64,000 nucleotides of DNA from the human T2T-CHM13v2.0 reference genome, Homo sapiens. Below the pieces are notes generated by a model that saw nothing but the letters and a program-made list of their open reading frames with translations, ran no database searches and was not told where the DNA came from. Shown in pieces: positions 13,226-33,319 of the stretch. Both the position numbers and the translations under genes were made by a program. The DNA lies in the NCBI RefSeq assembly GCF_009914755.1, contig NC_060935.1; one strand, written 5' to 3'. Within the stretch, counting starts at the first letter, position 1, and every line of letters starts with the position of its first letter.

Positions 13226-14250
13226 ATGGGGAGAAACCAGAGCAGAAAAGCTGAAAATTCTAAAAACCAGAGCGCCTTTTCTCCTCCAAAGGATTGCAGC
13301 TCCTTGCCAGCAACGGAACAAAGCTGGATGGAGAATGACTTTGATGAGCTGACAGAAGTAGGCTTCAGAAGGTCGGTAATAACAAACTTCTCCGAGCCAA
13401 AGGAGCATGTTCTAACCTATTGCGAGGAAGCTAAAAACCTTGAAAAAAGGTTAGACAAATGGCTAACTAGAATAAACAGTGTAGAGAAGACCTTAAATGG
13501 CCTGATGGAGCTGAAAACCATGGCACGAGAACTTCATGATGCATGCACAAGCTTCAATAGCAGATTCGATCAAGTGGAAGAAAGGAAATCAGTGATTGAA
13601 GATCAAATTAATGAAATAAAGCGAGAGGACAAGTTTAGAGAAAAAAGAGTAAAAAGAAATGAACAAAGCCTCCAAGAAATACAGGACTATGTGAAAAGAC
13701 CAAATCTATGATTGATTGGTGTACCTGAAAGTGATGGGGAGAATGGAACCAAGTTGGAAAACACTCTTCAGGATATTACCCAGGAGAACTTCCCCAACCT
13801 AGCAAGGCAGGCCAACATTCAAATTCAAGAAATACAGAGAATACCACAAAGATACTCCTCGAGAAGAGCAACCCCAAGACACATAATTGTCAGATTCACC
13901 AAGGTTGAAATGAAGGAAAAAAACATTAAAGGCAGCTAGAGAGAAAGGTCTGGTTACCCACAAAGGGAAGCCCATCAGACTAACAGCATATTTCTCAGGA
14001 GAAACCTTACAAGCCAGAAGAGAGAGGGCCAATATTCAACGTTCTTTTAAGAAAAGAATTTTCAACCCAGAATTTTATATCCAGCCAAACTAAGCTTCAT
14101 AAGTGAAGGAGAAATAAAATCCTTTACAGACAAGCAAATGCTGAGAGATTTTGTCACCACCAGGCCTGCCTTACAAGAGCTTCTGAAGGAAGCACTAAAC
14201 ATGGAAAGGAACAACTGGTACCAGCCACTGCAAAAACATGCCAAATTGTA
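13226..14250 (+). pseudogene. L1 ORF1p remnant (stop and frameshifts)
   Basis: ORFs 13226-13711 and 13712-13939 match ORF1p (KRPNL*LIGVPE...ENFPNLARQANIQIQEIQR). Confidence 0.9.
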
Positions 14251-14301
14251 AAGACCATTGATGCTATGAAGAAATGGGCAAAATAACCAGCTAACATCAT
14301 A

Positions 14302-16393
<2,092 letters not shown>

Positions 16394-16538
16394 TGAATAG
16401 ACATTTATTAAAAGAAGACATGCAAATGGCCAACATATCAAAATACTCAGCATCACTAATCATTAGAGATACGTAAAACCACAATGAGATATCACCTTGC
16501 ACCTGTTAGAAGAATATAACTAAAAAGACAAAAGATAA

Positions 16539-16907
<369 letters not shown>

Positions 16908-17141
16908 TAAATTGGTAAAGCCATTATGAAAACAGTATGGAGTTTCCTCAAAAAAATTATAAACACAACTATCATATGATCCAGCAATCTCACTTCTGGA
17001 TATGTATCCAAAGGAAACGAAGTCAGTATGTAAAAGGGATAGCCACATTCCCATATTCATTGCAGGATTATTCACAATAGCCAAAATACAGAATCAAACT
17101 AAGTGTCCCTCAACAGATGAATAAATAAAGAAAATGTTATA

Positions 17142-18665
<1,524 letters not shown>

Positions 18666-18943
18666 TATACACACACAAACACACATGCACACACACAATG
18701 GAATATTATTCAGCCTTAAAAAAGAAGGAAATTCTTTCATTTGCAACAACATGGATGAATCTGGAGAACATAATGTTAGGGGAAATAAGCCAGGCACAGA
18801 AAGACAAATACTACATGATCTCACTTATGTGTGGAATCTGAAAAAGTTGAACTTGTAAAAGCAGAGTAGAATGGTGGTTGCCAGGGAATGGGGGTGGGGA
18901 GTGGTGAGGGAATGGGGACAAATTGGCCAAAGGTTACAAAGTC

Positions 18944-19247
<304 letters not shown>

Positions 19248-19559
19248 ACAGAGTCTTAGTTATACAGGGTGAATAGGTTTTGGAAATCTATTAGACGGCA
19301 TGGTGTCTATAGGTAATGATGTATTGTGTACTCAGAAATTGCTAAGTGAATAGATCTTAAATGTTCTTACCACACATACAAAACGATAACTATGTGAGGT
19401 GATGACTATGTTAATTAGCTTGATTGTGGTAATCATTTCATAACGTATATGTAAATCAAAACATCAGGTTGTATATCATTAATATATCCAATTTTTATCT
19501 GTCAATTATACTTCAATAAAGAAAAAACAATGCTACTATAGGCAACAAAATGGAATGCA

Positions 19560-20230
19560 AAAGGCATACACCTTTAAGTATTTACCTAGTTATTTTTAAT
19601 AGCATATTCAGGTTGTAAAAGAACACAAGCTCATTGTTATTAATTTTAAAATGCAAAAAAATTATAAAGAAGAGAGAAAACCCCATAATCTCATCATCCA
19701 AAGGCAACACTATTAATTTAATGTTTTTATGAATTTTTCTTTCTCTGTGCATTTCTCTATATTTTAAAAAATACTGTCTAATATTCTATTACATTATACT
19801 GTGAATATTTACTCCATTAAATATTCTTTGAACAGTTAACTTTTAGAGGTTTTATGATATTTCATTGTAGGATGTGCTATAAGTTATTCAATTTCTCACT
19901 TGGGGACGTTTATGTTGCTTCTAGTTTTTAGGTATATTTAAGAAAAAATTCTTCTACAAGTGCCTTATTAATTATGTTGAACTGCATCAATAAGAATTTT
20001 CTTTACATACATTCTGAGAATTACTGGGTTAAGAAGCATAAACATTTAAAAATAACTTGATGCCTGTTGCCAAGTAATTTTCCAGAAAGTTAGTTCCAAT
20101 TTTTCCTTCCGCTAGCTGTGCATGAGAATGCTCATCTCACTGCGCTCTTTAATGTCAGAGTAGGAAATAAAAGCTCTGCCAATTTGATAGGTAAAAGGAC
20201 TGTTTCCTTAAATGTTTTTCCTTTTGAAAA
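19560..20230 (-). mobile_element. Old L1ME-like 3' fragment
   Basis: AT-rich antisense L1 3' motifs (GAGAATTACTGGGTTAAG...TTTCCAGAAAG...GCCAATTTGATAGGTAAAA). Confidence 0.55.
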
Positions 20231-21842
20231 ATTAAGTGTACTTTGTTCTTTCTCTCTTTTAAAATCAATATAGTAGAACATTTGGAAAATACAGAAAACC
20301 ATGGGGAAGAAAATAACAATTGCATGTATATCACTTTTGAATATACAGAGTGTTTTCACACATTTTCTATTGAGTCCTTCAAGCAATTTCATGAGGTATG
20401 GCCATTAGTGTTGTTCCTACTTTACAGGTACCCCTACTACAGGTCAGAGAGGTTAAGTGAGTTACCTACATCATACAGGTAGTGAGAGGTGGTGCTGGGT
20501 ACTAGATCTGCCCTTTGGACGTTTGATCTCAAGATTTACCCACTGTACTGGTTTTCCTGGGGGGACTGGAGATGAGAGGATAAGGGTATCAAATACATTC
20601 CTGGTTACTCAGAGCAAAGGGTTCATTGTTTGGTGCTGGAATAATTAGTGGGGGTGGGGTCCAGAAGCAGTAGAAAGAAAGCCTAGGACCAAGAGTGAAG
20701 GGTCCTGGGTTCCAGTCCCACCTTGCCCATGGATTTGATGTGTGATATGGAAGTCATGTCTCCTTCTGAATCTCAGTTCCACAATTTCATAAATTAGGAT
20801 GGGCCTGAAAAGCCAGGATAGCATTAGCTGCTGAGCCTTTCATACTCGGCTCAGCCTCATCCACCTCTGCTATAACTCTAGTGGCCGGGTCTTCATTTTG
20901 CCTCAGCAGGGAGAGACCGGTTTCCAGACCACATTGGAGGGAAGCAGGCACTGGGAACAACAGAGCGAGCTCTCCCGCTATGTAGTGATTCTTAGCACAA
21001 GTTGGGGAGGTAAGCCTCAGGTGGTACAGAGACCCTGACAGCCCTAGGGATTAATGTAGCACCCTGGGGTCCTTTCGACTCTGCTTCCACAGTGAAAGTT
21101 TGGAAGGTCATGAGCTATATCACAAGAGGTTGGCCCTGTTGTGGGCATTAGCTCCCTCTACATTCATAGAACTCTTCTGATTTATAACAGAAGGCCTAGG
21201 TTTGGGAGGCAGAGCCTGGGCTTTGTAACATGTAGGAGGTAGCCTCACACTTTCTGGATCACTTTAGCAATGAATACATTGTTATCTGCACTGTTGTCTG
21301 GCTTTCTTCCCTGTTTGCTCTAAACATACAACTTTGATTCTCTAGCCTTCCTTAAAATTCTGGTTTCTTGACTCCGGGTGCTGGCAGGCTCTGCTTCTGG
21401 CCCTAGATTTCACACCCCTGATGTGAAATTGCATCCTCTTCACCTCTCAAACAAGTTCTCTCCTCTTGGTTTGGACATTTCTTCTCCCTCTCCTGTTAGA
21501 CTTCCTGGTTAGGACAGATTTACTGGGTCTGAGAGAGAAACAAACTGAGAATGGCAGTCTTGAGAATGCCTCCTTCCACTTCTGCCTTCTAGTTCACAGC
21601 AGGTCTAGATTTCATTTTAGTTTACGCCTTGTAATCATAAATTGTCAATGAAATGGCCACATAGGATGGTCTGAGATATTACATTTGGGGTTTTGGTTAG
21701 TCTTGGCTTTACGCAAAGACACAACATGGCAGCTGGGTGGTGTGTTAGTAGATGTATAAGGCTAGGGATCCAGGGATTCCCATATCCCAGCACTTGAAAT
21801 TCCCAAGGGAACCTTATGCATAAGACAATATGCTGCAAACAG

Positions 21843-21960
21843 CCATTCATCCAACAAGTGCTTATTGAATACCTGTTATGTGTCAAGCTCTGTTCTAGGT
21901 GTTGGGATACAGTAGTGAAGAAAATAGACAAAAATTCTTGTCCTCATGGAGCTTCTTACA
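21843..21960 (-). mobile_element. L2 3' end
   Basis: CATTCATCCAACAAGTGCTTATTGAATACCTG...CTTGTCCTCATGGAGCTT. Confidence 0.75.
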
Positions 21961-22194
21961 TTGTAGTGAGAATGGGAATAGAACGCAAGAGTGGGGGCAG
22001 CTCAGGGCACCAGGAAGGAGGGTGAGGGGTGTAATTTGTATAATCCCAGAGGCAGACTCGCCACATTTCACGATCACATGAATGACCAGTCTGGCTGGCT
22101 CTGCTGTAGTGCCATTTGGAAAGATGGCTGTTGTTTTCTGTTTTTAGATTATTCATAATTATAGCAGCCTTTGTGCCAGGTCTTTTTTTTTTCT

Positions 22195-22360
22195 GGCAGC
22201 ATATTTGTGCCAGAATATGGCCTTTGTGCCAGGCACTGTGCAATATATTAATTCTTCCTCATGTTAACCCTGTAAAGGGGATATTATCGCCCCCATTTTA
22301 TAGAAAAAGAAACTGAGGCATGTCAAGGTTAAATAATATTCTCAGTGTCACACAGCCAGA
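22195..22360 (-). mobile_element. MIR
   Basis: MIR core CCCATTTTATAGAAAAAGAAACTGAGGCA...GGTTAAATAA. Confidence 0.7.
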
Positions 22361-23669
22361 TTGTCTGTCTGCCTACAAAGATGTGTTCTGAAACAGTGTC
22401 CATTACTGCCCCAGCCCTGGAGAAATGCCACTAGGCCTACACAGGAAAACGGAGGCAAAGCCAAGCAGAAGGATGGCATGAAACCAGTTACATATTGTTC
22501 AGAGTCCTATTTAACTTACTCTTTTCTGCATCAAAGCCACCAAATAAAAACTGTTTATAAAACAGTTAGAGGAACTCTCTTACAGAAGCAGCTGGTGACA
22601 GTGGCCAGTTGCTAGGTGTTGCTAGGGCAACTTAGCTGGGAGTCTGATTGTGAAGTAATTAAGCAGGGTGTATAAATTACCTCAGCTGGTTTTCCCCAGA
22701 ATAGGCAGTTCTCTGCATGAAAGGAGGTGACTAGGTTCTCTTTTCTTCCAAAGTCAAAACCAGATAGGAAACCTTTGAAGATGCATAGGAACATGTCATG
22801 GTAGGGTGGTGGGCTCCTCTTCAGATCCCACATAGCAGCTGGGGCCAGCCAGGGCGAGATCAAGGGTGAATGTAGGTAGATGCCAGCAAGGGAAGAGCAT
22901 GATCAGAGACTATGAGTGGGCTGGGAGTGAGGGCAGGAGCCAGGAGGCAGGACCAGAGCTGACAGAAACCAGAGAACAGGCACTAAAGCAGGAAAAATAC
23001 CCCCACACGTGCCACAGGAGGCCATGCCTTGCCAGTATGAGGACTCACCAGAATTTACAATGAGATGGAATGAAGGAACTACACAGGGCTAGGAAGGGAT
23101 TCTCAAATTGTGATTGCAACCTGTCTACCCCTATTAACAGCAACATTTATTGAGTAAAGTGTCAGGCCCTGTACCAAGATTTAATTTAGATTTAATGTAA
23201 GATTAGATTTAGATTTACATTTTAAAATCTCATTTAGATTTAATGTAATCCTATTAAGGTAGGAGTATTATCTACCATTTTACAGAGGAAGAACTGAAGG
23301 ATTCGTTATTTAACTTGTCCACTGTTAATCAGATAATCAACAGTGATTTCTGGAATCAAACCCATTTCTGTCTAGCTTTAAAACAGAGACCTTTAACCAC
23401 CCTGCTAATTTGTAGTTATTCCACTTATGGAGGTTTCCATGTCCAGCTTGCTTTAAAAGCACCAAAGGACTTTTCACACTGCATGCCCTGGCCAGGGTTG
23501 GTGAGCTTGTTGAAGGCCTTACCAGCCTCCTGAGACCCTCACACTCACTTTTCAGTGTCTCTGGAGCCTTGCCGTGGAGGTAGTGTTCGTCTTGGCCTTT
23601 GACTACCTGGGAGAAAAAATAAATTATTTCCATAAATACAGTGATCAGAGTCAAAAGAAGTCACAGTGT

Positions 23670-24213
23670 GTATTAGTTATCTATTGCTGCACAGTAGATC
23701 ACCCCAAAATTTAGCTGCTTAAAACTACAAACATTTATTATATCACACAGTTTCTGAGAATCAGGAATGCAGGAGCAGCTTAGCTGGGTGGTTCTGGCTC
23801 AATGTCTCTCATGAGGTTGCAGTCATGATGTTGGCCATGGTCTCATCTGAAAGTGTGACTGGAGCTGAAGGATCTACTTTCAAAATGGCTCACTCCCATG
23901 GCTATTGGCAGGCAGGATGCCTCGGTTCCTCTCTATAGGACTGTATGCATGGCTTCATGAAATGGCAACTGATTTTACCCAGAGTGACTGATTGGAGAGA
24001 GAAATTGAGAGATTGAGAGAGAGAGAGAGAGAGCGTGAGAGCGCAAGACAGCGCAATGCATTTTTTGACCTAGAGTCTGAAGTTACACACCATCACTTCT
24101 GCCATATTCTATTTGTTAAGAGTGAGTCACTAAGTACAAGGGGAGAAGAATTAATCTGCACCTCTCGAGTGGAGGCGTATAAAAATATGGGACATATTTT
24201 TGAAATCATCACA
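23670..24213 (-). mobile_element. MLT1H-like solo LTR
   Basis: TGTATTAGTTATCTATTGCTGC...GGGTGGTTCTGGCTCAATGTCTCTCATGAGGTTGCAGTC; contains a (GA)n run. Confidence 0.75.
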
Positions 24214-25962
24214 CAGCATAACAAAGACCTGGGTGGAAAAAATTATATGGCTAAATGCAGAGATGTGGAGTGGACAAAAGTCCTTTTGAGATGGCTGCTG
24301 GTGCTAGGCAACACATTTGTGTTCTGAACACAGGGGAGCATGTGCTTGCACGAGTCTCTGATGACTGCCACCATCCAGATAACAATGATTCATTCCATTT
24401 TCTCTTTGTCTGGAGAAAAATCTCATTCTGGGCAAGCCAAGCTGTTTATGGATCTTTTTATCTATTCATCCATTCATATGGGACCCAGGGCATGATAACA
24501 GCTATTCAAACTGTGGAATGTTAATTAGATGGAAAAATGTACACATCAGCTATCTCCATTTCAACTGAGAAATCTGGCCGAGGTACATAATTTGCTTCAA
24601 TGTCATCTGTGTCAAGATTTTGAAAGGGTGGCAATATATCACTGTGTTAGACAAAAGGCATGGGATAAAAGGGGAAGGAACTATTCATGGCAACATGGGT
24701 TTCAGGATATTAATAAGTGCAAATATTTGCTTCTCTATGGAAGCATTAAAGCTCGCTTCTTATTTCTTGGTTCTCATGCCCAACGTTATTTGCTTTTTAC
24801 TACTGACATCGAAGCAGAATATTAGCTTATCTTTTGGGTCTGAAATGTAGCTTTTATGACAGGGAAGTGCGACAAACAACCTTAGTACTGACTAGTCCCC
24901 CTCTGTCTTGGCTGTGATTTAGGGAGTCTATAGTGAAGAGATTGATAGCCAAGTGTGATATTAAATAGACTTTGAGAGACAGCTCCTAATGGTGTCCACT
25001 TGGGCCCTGGCTCTTTTCCTCTCTGCCTTCCTTCCCCTCTCCTTTTCATGGTAGAATAGCTGACCCCATTGAGTAGATGGATGTCATCGGCCTTGACATC
25101 ATGCACCTTGATCCTAGGGCAGTCTCAGTTGTTCCCTTGGAATGTAGCTCAGATACCTCTCACATGGAAGACGATATCACCAAGGAAGTCAGAATTGCTT
25201 CCTAAGTAGAAGGGTGATGCAGACTCCTTGCAGAGGAGACAGGATAGCTCCCCCAAACTTCTGGTGACTTATAGCAAGCAGGACAGTCTCAGAAAGAGCA
25301 CACTCCATATGTTAGACTCTGTGTGCTATGTGTATTCTTCCTCACACATTGGGTGGTGAGTGGGTAGAATTTAAACTACATACTTCTCTAGGCCACAAAT
25401 ATCCCACAAGAGGGAGAATAGACATATTTTTTCTCATTTCTCCATTCTCTCATGTACCCCATTAGTAGGGGAAGTAGGGGTTTATCTTGTGGGAGAGAAT
25501 TAGTCTGGAAGGAAACTTCTCCTTGGGTTGTGAGATGTCTGATTTTAGACATAGTACAGGAACATCCACTGCAGCCCAGAGGGGGAAGACCTGCCTCTGT
25601 TTCTTCTACCCACAGGCATCACAGAACTAGAACCTACCCTCTTCTCCCAGAGGAGTCAGTGGACACTGTGTAAACTTGACAAGAGAAGGAGCCACTGACC
25701 CACATTACCTGCCTCTGATTTCTAAAAGCCAGATGGCTAGAGATAATAGCTATGAAATTGCCTTCATGTAGTGGGCTGTTGATCAATATTTGTTGAATAA
25801 ATGAATAAACTCCAAGGTGGTACAAAGGTACAGCAGTATGATTATAGGTATTTATTTCATAGCCATAATCCTCATGTCAAAGCATGAAAGGTCTGGGTTC
25901 TGTCAGAGAACACCATCATGTTCTCTTCAGTTTACATTTCAAAGCCAGAGAAAATTATTATT

Positions 25963-26120
25963 TTCCTCCTCCTCCTCCTCCTCCTCTTTCTCCTTCTCCT
26001 CCTCTTTCTCCTCCTTCTCCTCTTCCTTCTCTTTTCCTTCCCTCCTTCTCTCCCTCCCTCCCTTCCTCCCTCCTTCCTTCCTTCCTACCTTCCTTTTCTT
26101 CTTCCTTCTTTCTTCTTCCT
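25963..26120. repeat. Polypyrimidine low-complexity tract (TCC/TTCC/TTC)
   Basis: ~160 bp of almost pure C/T. Confidence 0.9.
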
Positions 26121-26170
26121 CACTACTATGTTAATGAGGAGAAAACTTCTTTTTAAAGTTTAAATTTTTT

Positions 26171-27937
26171 ACCTAACAATACAGCTAACCAGGGAGGTGA
26201 AAGATCTCTACAGGGAGAATTGTGAAACACTGCTCAAAGAAATCAGAGGTGACAAAAACAAATGGAAAAGCTTTCCATGTTCATGGATAGGAAGAATCAA
26301 TATCATTAAAATGGCCATACTGCCCAAAGCAATTTACAGATTTAATGCTATTCCTATCAAACCACCAATGACATTCTTCACAGAACTAGAAAAAGATATT
26401 TTAAAATTCATGTGGAACAAAAAGTGAGCCCAAATAGCCAAGGCAATCCTAAGCCAAAACCAAAAACCAACCAACCAAACAAACAACAAAGCTGGAGGCA
26501 TTACATGATCTAACTTGAAACTATACTACAGGGCTATAGTAATCAAAACAACATGGTGCAGGTACAAAAACAGACACATAGACCAACGGAACAGATTACA
26601 GAGCCCAGAAATAAGGCTGCACACCTACGATCATCTGATCTTCAATAAAGATGACAAAAACAGGTACTGGGGAAAGGACTCCCTATTCAGTAACTGGTGC
26701 TGGGATAACTGGCTAGCCATATGCAGAAGGTTGAAACTGGACCCCTTTCTTACACTATATATAAAAATCGACTCAAGATGGATTAAATACTTAAATGTAA
26801 AGCCCCAAACTATAAAAATCCTGGAAGACAACCTAGGCAATACCATTGTGGACCCAGGAATGGGCAAAGATTTCATGACGAAGACTCCAAAAGCAATCTC
26901 AACAAAAGCAAAACTTCAAAACTGGGATCTAAGTAAACTTAAGAGCTTCTTCATGGCAAAATAAACTATCAAAAGAGTAAATAGACAACCTACAAAATGG
27001 AAGAAAATATTTGCAACCTATGCATCTGGCAAAGGCCTAATATCCAGCATCTATAAGGAACTTAAACAAATTTATGAGAAAACAACAAACCACCTCATTA
27101 AAATGTAGGCAAAGGACATGAACAGACACTTTTCAAAAGAAGATACACATGTGGCCAACAAGCATATGAAAAAAAAGCTAAGTATCACTGATAATTAGAT
27201 AAATGCAAATAAAAATTATAATGAAATACCATCTCACACCAGTTAGAATGGCTATTATTAAAAAGTCAAAAAATAACAGATGCTGATGAGGTTGCGGAGA
27301 AAAGGGAACATTTATACACTGCTTGTGGGTGTATAAGTTAGTTCAACTATTGTAAAAAGCAGCATCTCAGTTCCTCAAAGAGCTAAAAAACAGAACTACC
27401 ATTTGATCCAGCAATTGCATTATAGGGTATATACCCAAAGGAATATAAATCATTCTACCACAAAGACACATACATTCATATGTTCACTGCAGCACTGTTC
27501 ACAATAGCAAAGACATGGACTCAATCTAAATGACCATCAATGACAGATTGGATAAAGAAAATGTGGTACATATACACCATGGAACACTATGTGGCCATAA
27601 GAAAGAACAAGATCACGTCTTTTGCAAGAACATGGATGGAACTGGAGGCCATTTTCCTTAGCAAACTAACACAGAAAACCAAATACCACATGTTCTCACT
27701 TACAAGTGGGAGCTAAATGATGAGAACTCATGGACACACAGAAGGGAACAACAGACACCTGGGTATACTTGAGGGTAGAGGCAGGGAGGAGGAAGAGGAT
27801 CAGAAAAATAGGCATCTATTGGGTACTAGGCTTAGTAACTGGGTGATGAAATAATGTGTGCAACAAACCACCATGACATGAAGTTGTATAACAAACCTGC
27901 TTATGTACCTCTGAACCTAAAATAAAAGTAAAAAAAA
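26171..27937 (+). mobile_element. 5'-truncated L1PA15/L1PA16
   Basis: ORF2 C-terminal remnants ([29 protein letters not shown]), PA15/16-type 3'UTR and A tail; 16-bp TSD AAAGTTTAAATTTTTT (26155-26170 / 27938-27953). Confidence 0.92.
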
Positions 27938-27959
27938 AAAGTTTAAATTTTTTGTCAGA

Positions 27960-30390
<2,431 letters not shown>

Positions 30391-30769
30391 GGTAGCTAGC
30401 TCTTGCTCTCCTGTGACTGCTTTCCCTCTTCCCACCACTGCCTGCTCTCTCGTGTCATCACAGTGAGGTCTGGGGCAGGCCATAGCACCTTCAACAACTT
30501 GGCACAGGGAGTTTTACCCAATTGCAGTGGGACTGTCTATGGAAGTGATCAAGAGCCATTTTGGGTACCAAAGCCAGCTCAGAGATTAAACAGAGGAAAA
30601 AGAGATGATTTCTGTCAACAGATTAAGAGAGGCCATCTGGGAGGAAGTGGTGTCTGAACCAGGTCCTGAGAAGACCATTCATGTTTCAGTTCAATTAAAT
30701 TCAAATTCACGTGTTCTGTGAATAAGCAGGCATTGGATTGGGATAGGAAGTTGCTATAGCATAGGGATT

Positions 30770-31420
30770 TTAAATAGGGAGTTCCAGATAATGCCTGCAT
30801 TTGAATCCTGGGTCCTTGATTACTGACTGTAATTTGTTTAGATTCTGTAATTCTCAGTTTCCCAGTTGAGAAAATGGGGGTAATAATAGTACCTTTCTCA
30901 GGGGTTATTGGGAAGATTAATTAAATGCAAGAGTGCATATAAACTAGTCAAGGAACTATAGCATAGTATATACAGACAGTGGCTCAGTATGCAGACTGTG
31001 CCAGAACACCTGGATCTGAGTCCTGGCTGTGACTTAGTAGCTCTGAGAACTTGGGCAGGTTACTTAAACTTTCTGTGCCTCAGTTTATTTATCTGTACAC
31101 TGGAGATAATGTATTGTCAGGATTAAATGAGGTAAGGTGTAGAAAGAACTTAATACAATGCCTGGTGCATAGACGACAATAATACTTGTTAAAAGGAGTG
31201 TAACATGTTAGTAGGACAATCCTTGAACCAGAGTGCCTGTATAAATCCCACATCTGTCACAACCAGGTGTCCTGGGTTAAGTTCCTTGATATTTCTTTGC
31301 CTTAGTTTCCTCATCTATAAAATAAATATAATCGTACCCACTTTGCAGGGTTGTTGTGAGGATAAAATGAGTTAATACATACATAGCATGAAGTGCCTAT
31401 AAGTGTTTGCTATTACTATT
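30770..31420 (+). mobile_element. Cluster of three MIR copies
   Basis: MIR cores (CTCAGTTTCC...AAAATGGGG.TAATAATAGTACCT...GGATTAAATGAG) at ~30850, ~31080 and ~31300. Confidence 0.7.
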
Positions 31421-31424
31421 GCAC

Positions 31425-31637
31425 CAGATTTAGTTGTCTTTCTTTTCTTTTCTTTTTTCCTATTCTCTTTTCCCTTTCTCTCTCTCTTTTCTTTTCTTTC
31501 TTTCCCCTCTCTCTGTTCCCTTCCTCCCTTCCTTCCTTCCTTCCCTCCCTCTTTTTTTTTTTTTTTCTGTTCCTTGTGGAGCAGGGCTAACCCACAGGCA
31601 GTGTACCAAGAGTAGCTCAGATTTAGTTGTTTTTCTT
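31425..31637 (-). mobile_element. Short (~51 nt) A-tailed retrocopy with TSD; source RNA unknown (possibly LTR40-related)
   Basis: Direct repeat CAGATTTAGTTGT(C/T)TTTCTT at 31425 and 31618 flanks a T-rich decayed tail (31445-31566) and a 51-nt body (31567-31617). Confidence 0.75.
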
Positions 31638-33319
31638 CTATTTGCTTTTTTCCTAGTGTATTCCACCAAGGGAGGATTCTTTCACAAGTGTACCTCACAG
31701 GTCATGTAGCAGGGATGTCCTGGGAACATGAATTGAACCCAGGACTGCCTGATTTCACATCTGATCACTTAAACTTATCACAGACCGCTCTATCCTGTTG
31801 CAGAAAAAGTGAGGAGAAAAAGCAACTTCTGCCAGGGTATAGACAATGGCCCTGTAAGAGGGTGTGGTTCAGCCAGGAGCTGAGTCACTCATAATCTGCT
31901 CTTCCTGCATTAAAAGGTGGTATCAGGAGGAGACCTTGGAGGCACTTCTGCCAGAGACAGGGGCTGCTGGATTCTCCAGGAGGTGATGGGAGAAGAAAGC
32001 CAGGCTCTTCTGTGGGTGTCATCTGCCAGGCCCTGGCCCTAACAGGTGTGTTGCTCGGAGCCCAGACTGATGGCAGTGAGGACAGGAGGCTGCAGACATC
32101 ACTCAGTGGCCTGATAATTGGATATTTCTATAATGACAAATTACAGCTGTTTCTCTTGTCATCAGTGTGAAAACACTTCCGAGGCCGTGATTTCCCAGGA
32201 GGGTCTGTGGTTGTTATCCAGTTAAGATTATGGAAATGCTGGCATAGGGGACATGAAGCATGGCCGGATGAAGCTGTGTTTCTGCACCACTGGCTTCTGG
32301 GTATTTGGCCCTAACGTTGAATGCAGAGAGAGTATCAGGCTCCTGTCATAACACTATCACTGTTAATTCTGCATGAGTGTCATGTTGAGATGAGCTGGCC
32401 TTGTAGTTTGTTATTTGGCTTCAGCCTCTACTGTATTTTAATTTGACCAAAAGACGTTGTCAGATGTAAACATCAGTGGAAGGTCCAGCTTTTCTTTGCT
32501 TGGAAAATGCTGGAGAATTCACAGTGAAGAGTAATCTTGGAAGCTTGCTCTCCAGCCACTGGCCTGTTACCTGAGCACTGATGTTCAAACAGGGGTAAGA
32601 AAGTTCAAAGTGTCGGCTTTTCTGCTTTGTCCTCCAGGAAGTCAAACATCTGCTGTCCTCCAAAACTGAATCCTCATTGACAGAAATTCTAGAAGATAGG
32701 CTGAAGCCATCCTTGTCCTAGGGCTTGTTGGGGCTCCGAAGAAGAAAAAAAGCCCTTGGATAGAGGCAGTATCATGTTCATTTAACCTTTCCAAGTCTTG
32801 ATTTCCTTATCTGCAAAATGGGGTTATTGTGAGGATTGGTGGATAGTGCTTGACACATGGCATGGGCTTACATGTAAGTGTTAGCTATGAAGAATATGTG
32901 TTTCAGAGCTCTCAGGGTTTGAGCCCTTCTTGGCCTGGGAATCCCATGGAGATGGAGATGCAAACCTCTCACAGGAGCCAAGTCATTCTCCCGGTCTTCT
33001 GTGTTTTTCTGGGTAGATCGGCCTTCATGACCTGTCCTGGTGTCCCTGCTTTCCCCAGTCTGGCTCAGTTGCTCGCAGAGAGGACTGTCTGCCTGCAGGA
33101 TCAGACCCACACAGGTGCTGAGCTGGTTCTTACTCAGGTCATCCATTCATCCAATAGTCCCAAGCACCAGTGCCAGACACCGGGTACAGAGATAAAAAGA
33201 GCAAGGCCTTTGCCCTCAAGGAGCTCACAATCTGGTGGGAGAGATGGGCATGAAAACAGATTATAGCCACATATTGTGAAAACTCTGAGGTGGACATAGA
33301 GACAAGAAGAGGCCCTGTG

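Noticed and set aside
24882-25106. ORF HDVKADDIHLLNG... as a coding exon or RT motif
   Set aside because: There is an in-frame stop just upstream, no recognisable homology and no convincing splice sites.
25817-26163. Ser/Pro/Leu-rich ORFs (also 31372-31709)
   Set aside because: Translations of low-complexity pyrimidine tracts.
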